A DNA stretch of 64,000 nucleotides, from contig LLEU01000059.1 in assembly GCA_001567505.1 (NCBI GenBank), forward strand, positions 35,274 through 99,273. The letters are read 5' to 3'. This DNA comes from Acidobacteria bacterium OLB17 (lineage in GTDB: Bacteria > Acidobacteriota > Blastocatellia > Pyrinomonadales > Pyrinomonadaceae). The notes under the pieces were generated by a model, which saw only the letters and a list, made by a program, of their open reading frames with translations, ran no database searches and was not told the origin of the DNA. The translations under genes were made by a program, and so were the position numbers. Positions 9,872-19,226 of the stretch are shown one piece after another (within the stretch, counting starts at the first letter, position 1; each line of letters starts with the position of its first letter).

Positions 9872-10728
9872 GCCCACAAAGCAAAAAGACCTCGGAAAAT
9901 GAGAAAAGACCGTTAAGACTTACTGACTTAGTTTAGGTGGAGTGCTTCGGACCGAGGAGACACTACGACTTAAACGGCGAGTGTAGAATGGCATTTCTGC
10001 GCGTTTTTGAGAAGCTTATTCAGAAAAACTACTCGCCGCGAGGTTAGACCCAAAATATAGAAACCTAAACGTGATCTCGTCGCCAGAATGGCCAGGTTCT
10101 TGGCGGAGAAACTGCCTCGTTCATAATGTGAGCGTTTTCGTAAGTCGATAATTGGAAGTACGCGTTAGGTTATTCGGCTATGCAACTTGCGACGCCGGAG
10201 TAACCTTCTTGCTGAAATGCCTGAACCCGCGTATCATTCTCGGGGCTCGACGCAAGGTGTCGAGCTTCTCTTTTTCGAGCGGGTCAGGGCCGAAGGGCAT
10301 AACCTCGTTTCGGATCGTATTTACGGCTTTGATCTCCAAGGCCGTCGTTTCGATGTCGATCGGCGATGTTGTCAAAACCCTGAGTGAAGTAAAATCAAGC
10401 TTGCCGCTTGGCGGGTATCGAACTTGTTCCAATCACTCAAACAATGCCCAATGCTACTTCAAACCTACCGACTGCCAAGCTCTCAATGCAACATATATGC
10501 GATATGGCCGTCGCCTAGTGGATTTTGCATTTACCTCAATCGGACATGAGAAGAGCCAAATCGCGAACCTTGAGGCGGCTGATTGCACGCCGGGGCGTCG
10601 CCTAATTGCAAGTTGAGGAACGGCTGATTGAACAATCCAAGGACGGTTCCCTGGGTTGCTAGGCTACTATTGAGAGACTCACCATATATGTAGCTGTCGC
10701 GCTACAATGGCGTGCACCTAAAGGTCCA

Positions 10729-12900
10729 ATGAAAGTCCCGGACTTGGAACAGGCGAGCGAGATACTTAAACATCGCTTCGGATACGATTCTTTTCGAATG
10801 AATCAGGAGGCGGTGATCTCGTGTGTCTTGTCGGGGCGAGATTGCGTTGTGCTGATGCCGACGGGCGGCGGGAAGTCTCTCTGCTATCAGATCCCGGCAT
10901 TGATACTCGATGGATTGACAGTTGTGATCTCGCCGTTGATCGCATTGATGAAGGATCAAGTTGACGCATTACGCTCGAACGGAGTCGAAGCGGCTTTCTT
11001 GAATTCAACACAGACTGCGGCAGAGCAGGTCGAGATTTTCAGATCGATACGCAGCGGCAGCTTGAAGTTGCTGTATGTCGCCCCTGAACGGCTGCTGCAG
11101 AGCGAAGACAAGTTCATAGAATTTCTTCGCGGAATTAACGTCTCCCTATTCGCGGTGGACGAGGCACATTGCATATCGAGTTGGGGTCACGACTTTCGTC
11201 CGGAATACATTCAGCTCGGGCGGCTAAAGACGAACTTCCCTCAGATACCCGTCATCGCGTTGACGGCGACTGCGGACAAACTCGTTCGTAAAGACATCGT
11301 CGAGCGCCTTGAGATCCGTTATGCGGAAGTCTTCCGCTCCAGCTTTAATCGTCCGAACATCTTCTACGCGATCGAGCCGAAACAGAACTCCTACAACAAG
11401 CTTCTTGATTTTCTCGAAGAACGAAAAGGCGAAAGCGGCATCGTTTACTGCCTGAGTCGCGCATCGGTCGATTCGCTTGCGGATGATCTTCAAGCAGAAG
11501 GCTACGCGGCCCTGCCGTATCACGCCGGTCTTGATAAAGCGGTTCGCGATCGCCATCAGACCGCGTTCCTCAATGACGATGCAAAGATCATCGTTGCGAC
11601 GATCGCATTTGGAATGGGGATCGACAAATCAAATGTGCGCTTCGTCGTGCATATGGATCTGCCAAAGAACATCGAGAGTTATTACCAGGAAACAGGTCGT
11701 GCCGGGCGTGATGGCCTCCAGAGCAATTCGCTTCTGTTCTTCTCGTGGGGCGACGTGCAGAAACTTCGGAGCTTCGCGGCGGTCGATGGTAATCCGCAGC
11801 AGACGGAGATCATGCTGCGAAAGCTGGACCAGATGGCTACGTACGGCGACCTCAAAACTTGTCGCCGCAAGTTTTTACTCGAATACTTCAGCGAAGATTT
11901 CGCAGGACGCTGCGGACATTGCGACAACTGCACAACCAAGTTCGAATACTTCGACGGTACGGTGGTTGCGCAAAAGGCGTTGAGCGCTGTGTATCGGACA
12001 GGCCAGCGATTCGGGATGAAGTACATCATCGATTTCCTCCGCGGCTCCCAGGCAAAGTCCATCCGCGAAGAGCACAAGCAGCTAAAGACATACGGTATCG
12101 GAGGTGACATCCCGCGCGACGATTGGTTCGATCATATTAAGGAACTGATCGATCTCGGGCTTTTGAAGAAGTCAGACGGTGAGTATCCCGTATTGCAATT
12201 GACTGACGCCAGCATGGACATCCTTCGAGGAAACGGCAAGGTTGAACTGGTAAGGAGCAAGGTCACCGAAACGAAGACCGGTCTGGTCGAACGCGAATCA
12301 CCGCCGTACATTCAGGAACTTTTTGAGATCCTTCGTCGTCTCCGTGCGAATCTCGCCAAGAGCGGCAACACGCCTCCCTACGTCGTATTCGCTGATACAT
12401 CGCTGATAGAAATGGCAACGTATCTGCCGCAGAACGAAACCGAAATCAAACGTGTGTCCGGTGTTGGCGATCTCAAATTTGAGAAGTACGGACGAGCATT
12501 TCTTGTGGAAGTTCAGCGATACTGTGCGTCACATTCTCTCAATTCGCGAATACATCTGAAACGCCGAACTCGAAGCAAGAGCCCTGAGAAGCGTGGCAAG
12601 TCTAAAGTTTCTACGCATCATACATCATTCAGTATGTTCCGCAATGGAATGTCGATAAGCGACATCGCCGCCGAACGTAACCTCGGCGTATCAACCATCG
12701 AAGGCCACCTTGCACGCTTCGTCGAGTCCGGCGAGATACATCTAGACGAACTCGTACCTGTAGAGAAGATCACCGCCATCCAACAGGCCATCCAGGAATG
12801 CGACAACCCCGAAGGCTGGCTTTCCCCAATTAAAGAAATGCTCGGCGAAGACTACACCTACGGCGAGATCCGCGCCGTCCTCGCGGCGAAGAACAGCTGA
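10729..12900 (+). CDS. recQ: ATP-dependent DNA helicase RecQ (long form with a C-terminal HTH extension)
   Basis: Motifs seen: MPTGGGKSLCYQ, VDEAHCISSWGHDFRPEY, Zn cluster CRRKFLLEYF...CGHCDNC, and an HRDC-like block (PPYVVFADTSLIEMATYLP). An extra C-terminal HTH-like domain is present (ISDIAAERNLGVSTIEGHLARFV). Confidence 0.9.
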   Translation: MKVPDLEQASEILKHRFGYDSFRMNQEAVISCVLSGRDCVVLMPTGGGKSLCYQIPALILDGLTVVISPLIALMKDQVDALRSNGVEAAFLNSTQTAAEQVEIFRSIRSGSLKLLYVAPERLLQSEDKFIEFLRGINVSLFAVDEAHCISSWGHDFRPEYIQLGRLKTNFPQIPVIALTATADKLVRKDIVERLEIRYAEVFRSSFNRPNIFYAIEPKQNSYNKLLDFLEERKGESGIVYCLSRASVDSLADDLQAEGYAALPYHAGLDKAVRDRHQTAFLNDDAKIIVATIAFGMGIDKSNVRFVVHMDLPKNIESYYQETGRAGRDGLQSNSLLFFSWGDVQKLRSFAAVDGNPQQTEIMLRKLDQMATYGDLKTCRRKFLLEYFSEDFAGRCGHCDNCTTKFEYFDGTVVAQKALSAVYRTGQRFGMKYIIDFLRGSQAKSIREEHKQLKTYGIGGDIPRDDWFDHIKELIDLGLLKKSDGEYPVLQLTDASMDILRGNGKVELVRSKVTETKTGLVERESPPYIQELFEILRRLRANLAKSGNTPPYVVFADTSLIEMATYLPQNETEIKRVSGVGDLKFEKYGRAFLVEVQRYCASHSLNSRIHLKRRTRSKSPEKRGKSKVSTHHTSFSMFRNGMSISDIAAERNLGVSTIEGHLARFVESGEIHLDELVPVEKITAIQQAIQECDNPEGWLSPIKEMLGEDYTYGEIRAVLAAKNS

Positions 12901-13029
12901 TTCTGCGACAACTTTCTCCAACAAAGTATCATCTCGAAACAACGCATAGGCATGATTTCTCTTCAAGTTACCTAAGCAAAGGACCTGTGCACTAGACGAG
13001 ATTCCCTTCTACCGTTGGAACTTTCGGTC

Positions 13030-13035
13030 TATAAT
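13030..13035 (+). promoter_or_regulatory. Possible -10 element (TATAAT) for the SNF2-led operon
   Basis: A perfect TATAAT lies about 140 nt upstream of ATG 13177. Only a weak -35 (TTCTAC) is present 17 nt upstream. Confidence 0.25.
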
Positions 13036-13176
13036 TAGTGACCTTAGGACTGAATTCTGGTCCTGCTGAACCCTGATTTCTTTTCGAGGCAGATATTCTT
13101 GGTTCTCGGTCTAAAGATCTGAGTTCGAAGATCTGATGTCTAGATAATCGGTTTCACCAGTTGGTATCGAGACTGC

Positions 13177-16100
13177 ATGCAAGTTATCGACAATCTTAGT
13201 CACTTTTTCGGGGACAACCTTCGCCAATCTCTTGCTGAGGGCTCACGGTTGCGGATCGCAGCCGCGACCTTCTCGATCTACGCATTTGAGGCGCTCCGAA
13301 CTGAGCTGGAGGCGGTTGAGGGTTTCGACTTCATTTTTACGTCTCCGACGTTTGTTCCACAACAGGCGACAGACGGCTTCCGCAAAGAGAGACGAGAGTA
13401 TGTGATTCCGCGCGTCGAGCGCGAACGCGGTATATACGGAACTGAGTTCGAGATTCAGCTGAAGAACAAACTCACCCAGCGCGCGATCGCGAAGGAATGT
13501 GCCGAGTGGATCGCCAAGAAGGCGACGTTCCGATCGAATAAAACTAAGGCCCCGATGCAACAATTCGCTTGCATCGAAGATGGATCTGAAAATGTCGCAT
13601 ACATGCCTTTACAGGGCTTCACAGCGGTCGATCTTGGATACCAAAAGGGCGATGCGGTATCAAACTTTATTACCAAGTTCGACGAGCCGGCAATGACCAA
13701 GACGTACTTGGATCTCTTCGAGCAGATATGGGCCGATCCATCGAAACTCGAAGATGTCACGCAGCGAATCTGCGACCACATTGCGTCGGTTTATAAGGAG
13801 AACTCATCTGAACGGATCTACTTCCTAATGCTCTTTAACATCTTCAATGAGTTCCTCGAGGACATCAACGACGATGTATTGCCAAACGACCTCACGGGCT
13901 ACAAGAACAGCCTCGTTTGGAAAAAACTATACAATTTCCAGCGCGATGCAGTAACGGGCATCATCAATAAGTTGGAAACACACAACGGCTGCATTCTCGC
14001 GGATAGCGTCGGTCTTGGTAAGACCTTCTCCGCGCTCGCAGTTATTAAATACTATGAGCTTCGCAACCGGGCGGTACTTGTGCTCTGCCCGAAAAAGCTC
14101 GCAGAAAACTGGACGAACTATAATCGAAACCTAACGACGAACATTTTCGCAAAGGACAGGTTCAACTACGACGTACTTTGCCATACAGACCTGCAGCGGA
14201 CACGCGGCGAATCTTTGGGTATCCCACTCAACAAAGTCAATTGGAGCAACTACGATCTTGTCGTCATTGACGAATCGCACAACTTCAGAAATAACGATCA
14301 GTTTCACGAGCGCGAAACCCGGTATCAGAAGCTGATGAACACCGTCATCAAGCAAGGTGTAAAGACCAAGGTTTTGATGCTGTCTGCGACACCGGTGAAT
14401 AATCGCTTCGCCGACCTGCGAAACCAACTCGCACTTGCGTACGAGGGCGACTCGGAGAACCTTAGCCGCAACCTGAAAACTGAAAGGAGCGTCGAGGAAA
14501 TATTCCGCAGGGCTCAGCTTGCATTCAACGAATGGTCAAAACTCCCGCCTGAAGAAAGAACCCCGGAAGCGATCATGAGGTCGCTCGATTTTGATTTCTT
14601 CGAACTGCTCGACAGCGTCACGATCGCCCGCTCGCGAAAACACATTGAGAAGTATTACGACACAACCGACATCGGAACCTTTCCCGAACGTCGAAAGCCT
14701 ATCTCGAACCACTGTCCCTTGACCCAACGCTCGGACGTGATCGGCTTTAACGATATTTTTGCGCAGCTTACCCTGCTAAAACTCGCGGTCTACGCTCCGG
14801 TCAGTTACATCCTCGACAGCCGAGTTGCTACGTACGAGGAGATGTATGATACGGAGGTTCATGAGGGCAAGGGCAAGTTCAAGCAGGTTGACCGCGAAAC
14901 AAGCCTCCAGCGGTTGATGACCATCAACCTCCTAAAGCGACTTGAAAGTTCGGTGGAGGCGTTTCGGATCACCCTCCGAAAGCTGCGGGACAAGAATCTT
15001 CGAACGCTCGGCCAGATAGAGGCTTTTCAGCAAACGGGCATCGATGCAGACATTGCAGATGTATCGAGCGCGGTCGAGTCGATCGAACCGGACGAAGATG
15101 ATTTCTCCGATCCGGAAGACATGCAGCTTGGCGGAAAGATCCAGATCAAACTCTCCGATCTGGACTTGCCGCGATTCGAACACGATCTCAAAGCCGACCT
15201 TGAAAAGATCAATTACTTGCTAGAAGAGATGGAGAAGGTCTCGCCGGTGGATGATACAAAACTCCAGCATTTGAGAGTTCTGCTTGAAAGTAAGGTCACA
15301 TCGCCGATCAACCCTGGTAATAAGAAGGTTCTGATCTTCACCGCGTTCGCCGATACGGCGGATTACCTCTACGAACACATCTCGGGCTCGATGCTCGAGA
15401 AGTACGGACTCCACACGGCGAAAGTGACAGGGAAAGACTCGCCCAAATCGACGCTCAATAAGCATTATGATTTCCAGTCGATCTTGACGCTGTTCTCGCC
15501 AAGGTCGAAGGATAAAGATCTGCTGATGCCGGAGGAATCGCGAACGATCGAATTCCTGATAGGGACAGACTGCATTTCGGAAGGTCAGAATCTCCAGGAC
15601 TGCGACTACCTTGTCAACTACGACATCCATTGGAACCCAGTTCGCATAATTCAGCGGTTCGGACGCATCGACCGCATCGGCTCAACCAATGAATCGATCC
15701 AGCTAGTAAACTACTGGCCCGATATCTCGCTCGACGAATACATCAACCTCAAAGACCGCGTCGAGAGCCGAATGGTGATTGCCGACGTGACCGCTACCGG
15801 TGACGACAATCCCTTGAGCGCAAAGGCCAACGATCTTTCATACCGCAAAGAGCAGCTTCGACGGCTGCAGGACGAGGTTATCGACATGGAGGATCTCAAG
15901 ACCGGTGTTGCGATCACCGACCTTGGCTTGAACGATTTCCGAATGGATCTCGTCAACTATATGAAAGGCCGCGATGATGTCGCTACGCTCCCGAGCGGTC
16001 TTCATGCAGTTGTCGCTCCGCGGCCTGAGATCGGGCTTGTCCCCGGTGCGATCTTTGCGCTTCGGAACCGAAATGAAGGCGTGTCGATCACGCAGCACAA

Positions 16101-16449
16101 TCGGCTTCATCCTTACTATCTTGTTTATGTGGATAGTGGCGGCAAGGTTGTGATCGATCATACGCAGGTCAAGAAGCTGCTCGACCTTATTCGCACTGCT
16201 TGCGCGGGCCGAAGCGTCGCGGATGCCGAACCTTGTCGGCTCTTCAATGAGGCAACGAATGACGGCCGTGATATGGAGGTCTATTCGGAACTGCTGAATC
16301 GAGCCATACAGTCTATAATTGAGGTTAAGGACGAGAGCGATCTCGACAGCCTTTTCCGCGTTGGAAAGACGACCGCGTTGGTGGGCGATATTTCGGGCCT
16401 TAATGATTTTGAGCTGATCGCGTTCATTGTTGTTCAGGAAATGATGTAG
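13177..16449 (+). CDS. SNF2-family helicase/translocase with an approximately 240-aa non-helicase (PLD-like, HKD-less) N-terminal domain
   Basis: The protein is 1090 aa. Walker A is ADSVGLGKT (14011-14025), motif II is DESH (14269-14280), then SAT (MLSATPVNN), and motif VI is QRFGRIDRIGS (about 15650-15685). N-terminus: MQVIDNLSHFFGDNLRQSLAEGSRLRIAAATFSIYAF... Confidence 0.85.
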   Translation: MQVIDNLSHFFGDNLRQSLAEGSRLRIAAATFSIYAFEALRTELEAVEGFDFIFTSPTFVPQQATDGFRKERREYVIPRVERERGIYGTEFEIQLKNKLTQRAIAKECAEWIAKKATFRSNKTKAPMQQFACIEDGSENVAYMPLQGFTAVDLGYQKGDAVSNFITKFDEPAMTKTYLDLFEQIWADPSKLEDVTQRICDHIASVYKENSSERIYFLMLFNIFNEFLEDINDDVLPNDLTGYKNSLVWKKLYNFQRDAVTGIINKLETHNGCILADSVGLGKTFSALAVIKYYELRNRAVLVLCPKKLAENWTNYNRNLTTNIFAKDRFNYDVLCHTDLQRTRGESLGIPLNKVNWSNYDLVVIDESHNFRNNDQFHERETRYQKLMNTVIKQGVKTKVLMLSATPVNNRFADLRNQLALAYEGDSENLSRNLKTERSVEEIFRRAQLAFNEWSKLPPEERTPEAIMRSLDFDFFELLDSVTIARSRKHIEKYYDTTDIGTFPERRKPISNHCPLTQRSDVIGFNDIFAQLTLLKLAVYAPVSYILDSRVATYEEMYDTEVHEGKGKFKQVDRETSLQRLMTINLLKRLESSVEAFRITLRKLRDKNLRTLGQIEAFQQTGIDADIADVSSAVESIEPDEDDFSDPEDMQLGGKIQIKLSDLDLPRFEHDLKADLEKINYLLEEMEKVSPVDDTKLQHLRVLLESKVTSPINPGNKKVLIFTAFADTADYLYEHISGSMLEKYGLHTAKVTGKDSPKSTLNKHYDFQSILTLFSPRSKDKDLLMPEESRTIEFLIGTDCISEGQNLQDCDYLVNYDIHWNPVRIIQRFGRIDRIGSTNESIQLVNYWPDISLDEYINLKDRVESRMVIADVTATGDDNPLSAKANDLSYRKEQLRRLQDEVIDMEDLKTGVAITDLGLNDFRMDLVNYMKGRDDVATLPSGLHAVVAPRPEIGLVPGAIFALRNRNEGVSITQHNRLHPYYLVYVDSGGKVVIDHTQVKKLLDLIRTACAGRSVADAEPCRLFNEATNDGRDMEVYSELLNRAIQSIIEVKDESDLDSLFRVGKTTALVGDISGLNDFELIAFIVVQEMM

Positions 16450-16455
16450 GAGAAA

Positions 16456-17121
16456 GTGGTGCTGTTTTCTTATCCCCCACATGCCCGCGTCGGCAAGAAT
16501 CTACCAAAGAGCAAGATCTACCAACACGCGCGAGTTTCAGCATCTCTTCGGCGCAAGATCATCGACCAGATCGCCCGTATAACCTGGGCATACAAGCTCT
16601 CGCCGGAGACGGTAAATCTTCCCGGTTCGCCGACAGTACCTGAGGTCGAGATATTCGTGGTCGAACTGAAAGGTAATGAGCTCGCGGCGGATGTTGTCCG
16701 CTCGATCGACAACGCGATACCGTTTCTGGCCGTTTACGAAGTGGTTTCCGGAAACCGGACGCGGGTCGTTGCGGCGTACAAGCGGCCGAGCGAAGCGGAT
16801 TCGTCAAAATGGGTGACCGAGACATATTTCGAAACTGACTGGTTTCCAAATTCCGCCGAAAGGATCCCGCTGTTCTCGTCAATAGATCTCGGAAAGCTTT
16901 ACGAACAGATGCTGACGGCCATGATGCCGATCGGACGGCGGCGTGACGAGGCGTTTCCTGTAACGGTTGCGAGGGCCGGTGAGATCCGCCGGCTTGAGCG
17001 CGAGGCCGAGAAGCTAAACGCAAAACTTCGTAAAGAAAAACAGTTCAACCGACAGGTTGAGATCAATGCCAAACTCCGCGATATTAAAGGCCAGATCGAA
17101 GCGTTGAGTGCCAATAAATAG
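16456..17121 (+). CDS. DUF4391-like protein of unknown function
   Basis: The protein is 221 aa, with a GTG start 6 nt after the SNF2 stop. The blocks KSKIYQHARVSASLRRKIIDQIARITWAYKLSPETVNL and IDNAIPFLAVYEV match my recollection of DUF4391. The C-terminus is a K/E/R-rich coiled coil. Confidence 0.65.
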   Translation: MVLFSYPPHARVGKNLPKSKIYQHARVSASLRRKIIDQIARITWAYKLSPETVNLPGSPTVPEVEIFVVELKGNELAADVVRSIDNAIPFLAVYEVVSGNRTRVVAAYKRPSEADSSKWVTETYFETDWFPNSAERIPLFSSIDLGKLYEQMLTAMMPIGRRRDEAFPVTVARAGEIRRLEREAEKLNAKLRKEKQFNRQVEINAKLRDIKGQIEALSANK

Positions 17122-17150
17122 TCTTATTAGTGTAAATGTCGTGTTAATTC

Positions 17151-19157
17151 GTGGCTAAAACTCTTATGGAAAAACTGAAGATGCATACTCCCGACTTTAC
17201 GAACGAGAATATTGCTCGTATTGCCGAGCTGTTCCCGAATTGCGTGACGGAATCGCGGGATGAAAAGGGCGAGGTAAAGCGGGCGATCGATTTCGATCAG
17301 CTCAGGCAGGAATTGTCGGGCAGCATCGTCGAAGGGCCGCAGGAGCGGTATCAGTTAAACTGGCCGGGCAAGCGTGAGGCTTTGCTCACGGCGAACGCAC
17401 CGATCGCCAAGACCCTGCGTCCGTGCCGCGAGGAATCGGTCGATTTCGACACGACCAAAAACCTCTTTATCGAAGGCGACAACCTCGACGCCCTCAAACT
17501 GCTCCAGGAAACCTACCTCGGCAAGGTCAAGATGATCTACATCGACCCGCCGTACAACACGGGGAACGACATTCTTTATAAGAATGACTACTCGTCCGCT
17601 CAGAGGGAATACGAGGTTGACGCAGGATTGAGAACCGATGACGGACTTCGTGCCGTGACGAATACTGAATCGAACGGTCGGTATCACAGCGATTGGCTGT
17701 CAATGATGTATGCCCGAATCCGGCTCGCAAGGAACTTTCTTAAAGAAGACGGAATATTTGTCATCACGATCGACCATTATGAGATTTACAATCTCGGAGA
17801 GGTTTGCGACGAGGTCTTTGGTTACGAGAACCGCCTCGGATTGGTGACGGTATACATAAATCCGAAAGGGCGAAACCAAGAGAAGTTCTTTTCCCCCTGC
17901 ACGGAATACATGCTCGTCTACGCCAGAGACATCAAATCAGCCTACTTCCGTGAGGTCGTTATTGATGACGAAAAGGCGGAAGAATTTATTTATGAGGATG
18001 AAAAGGGAAAGTTCCGCTACGACGGGTTCATGCGGGCTCGCACCAGTGCGAGTCGTGAGGCTAAGCCATCAATGTGGTACCCGCTTTACGTAAGCGAGGA
18101 CTTAAAGACTATCACCACGAAGAAGACGGCCAACTTTCACGAGGTCTACCCTGAAACGCCGAACGGACAGTTCAGCTGGAAGACAACTCCCGAGACCTTC
18201 GACGACCGAAATCAAAACGAATATTTCAAGGCCGAGTTAGTCAATGGGTCAGTGTTTATCTTCAATAAATATTACGAGAATCAGATTTTCAAGAATATCT
18301 GGACCGACAAGAAATACTTCCCGGAGTTTAATGGCACTCAGGTCATCAAGAAACTGTTCGACGGCAAGAGCTATTTTGATTTCCCAAAGTCCATCTACGC
18401 CGTGAAGGACATCGTAAAAATCATTACTGAAAATGACGACCTAGTCATGGATTTCTTCGCGGGTTCGGGAACGACAGCCCACTCTGTAATGGAGCTTAAC
18501 TCTGAAGATGGTGGAAGACGAAATTATGTTTTAGTACAGATTCCTGCCGCTGTTGATGCTAAGAGTGAGGCGGGGAAGGACGGTTATTCCGAGATTTCCG
18601 CGGTAACTATGGAACGTATTAGACGCGCAGGGAAAACGATCAAAGACGAAGCCGGGCTGAACGGCGTCAATCTCGACATCGGCTTTCGCGTGCTGAAGAT
18701 CGATTCGTCCAATATGAAGGACGTTTACTACTCGCCCGACGAACAGGCACAGGCAAATCTGCTCGACCAGGTCACCAACATCAAAGAAGACCGCACCGCC
18801 GAGGATCTCCTCTTCCAGGTCCTCCTCGACTGGGGCGTGGATCTTTCTCTTCCTATCGTCCGCGAAAGAATTTCTACTACAGAGAACACTGAGAGCACAG
18901 AGGCATCAAATAAAAGCTCCGTGAACTCTGTGTCCTCTGTGGTGAATAAAGGGTTTGAGGTCTTCTTTGTCGATGAGAACGCCCTCGCCGCCTGCTTTGA
19001 CGACGGCGTCTCAGAAGACCTCATCAAGGAACTCGCCAAACGCCAACCGCTCCGCGTCGTCTTCCGCGACTCCGGCTTCGCCTCCGACGACGCCAAGATC
19101 AACGCCGAACAGATATTCAACCAAATGTCACCCGGAACGGAGGTGCGGAGTATTTAG
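17151..19157 (+). CDS. mod: Site-specific DNA methyltransferase, beta-class N6-adenine/N4-cytosine (type III Mod-like)
   Basis: The protein is 668 aa. Motif IV DPPYNTG (17544-17555) precedes motif I FFAGSGTT (18453-18476). The N-terminal region ERYQLNWPGKREAL is typical of Mod-like enzymes. Confidence 0.85.
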   Translation: MAKTLMEKLKMHTPDFTNENIARIAELFPNCVTESRDEKGEVKRAIDFDQLRQELSGSIVEGPQERYQLNWPGKREALLTANAPIAKTLRPCREESVDFDTTKNLFIEGDNLDALKLLQETYLGKVKMIYIDPPYNTGNDILYKNDYSSAQREYEVDAGLRTDDGLRAVTNTESNGRYHSDWLSMMYARIRLARNFLKEDGIFVITIDHYEIYNLGEVCDEVFGYENRLGLVTVYINPKGRNQEKFFSPCTEYMLVYARDIKSAYFREVVIDDEKAEEFIYEDEKGKFRYDGFMRARTSASREAKPSMWYPLYVSEDLKTITTKKTANFHEVYPETPNGQFSWKTTPETFDDRNQNEYFKAELVNGSVFIFNKYYENQIFKNIWTDKKYFPEFNGTQVIKKLFDGKSYFDFPKSIYAVKDIVKIITENDDLVMDFFAGSGTTAHSVMELNSEDGGRRNYVLVQIPAAVDAKSEAGKDGYSEISAVTMERIRRAGKTIKDEAGLNGVNLDIGFRVLKIDSSNMKDVYYSPDEQAQANLLDQVTNIKEDRTAEDLLFQVLLDWGVDLSLPIVRERISTTENTESTEASNKSSVNSVSSVVNKGFEVFFVDENALAACFDDGVSEDLIKELAKRQPLRVVFRDSGFASDDAKINAEQIFNQMSPGTEVRSI

Positions 19158-19226
19158 CGAGGGGAAGACTCCCCGAAAAGTATTTCGGCGAGTTGTGGTA
19201 AATATAAGAAACTAAAGGCCCATCAC

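Noticed and set aside
10413-10430. A tRNA T-arm-like sequence (gggtatcgaacttgttcc) as a remnant tRNA-Asn duplication marking the left att site.
   Set aside because: The flanking bases do not form a T-stem on either strand, and similarity to the tRNA-Asn 3' half is limited to the tcgaac core.
10152-10616. Tracked ORFs 10152-10616 (plus, 154 aa) and 10178-10432 (minus, 84 aa) as real genes in the island's left flank.
   Set aside because: They overlap each other, lack start and SD context, and have odd composition and no recognisable domains. They are more likely chance frames or remnants of a decayed gene. The region is reported only as an unexplained gap.
18870-18950. An inverted-repeat-rich segment inside the methyltransferase gene (cacagagg...cctctgtg, acagagaacac...gtgaactctgt) as a MITE-like insertion or phase-variation tract.
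   Set aside because: The repeat units are arranged A-B...A'-B', not as a simple hairpin. The segment is in frame and encodes a Ser/Thr/Asn/Glu-rich linker, and it has no simple-sequence repeat of the kind that drives mod phase variation.
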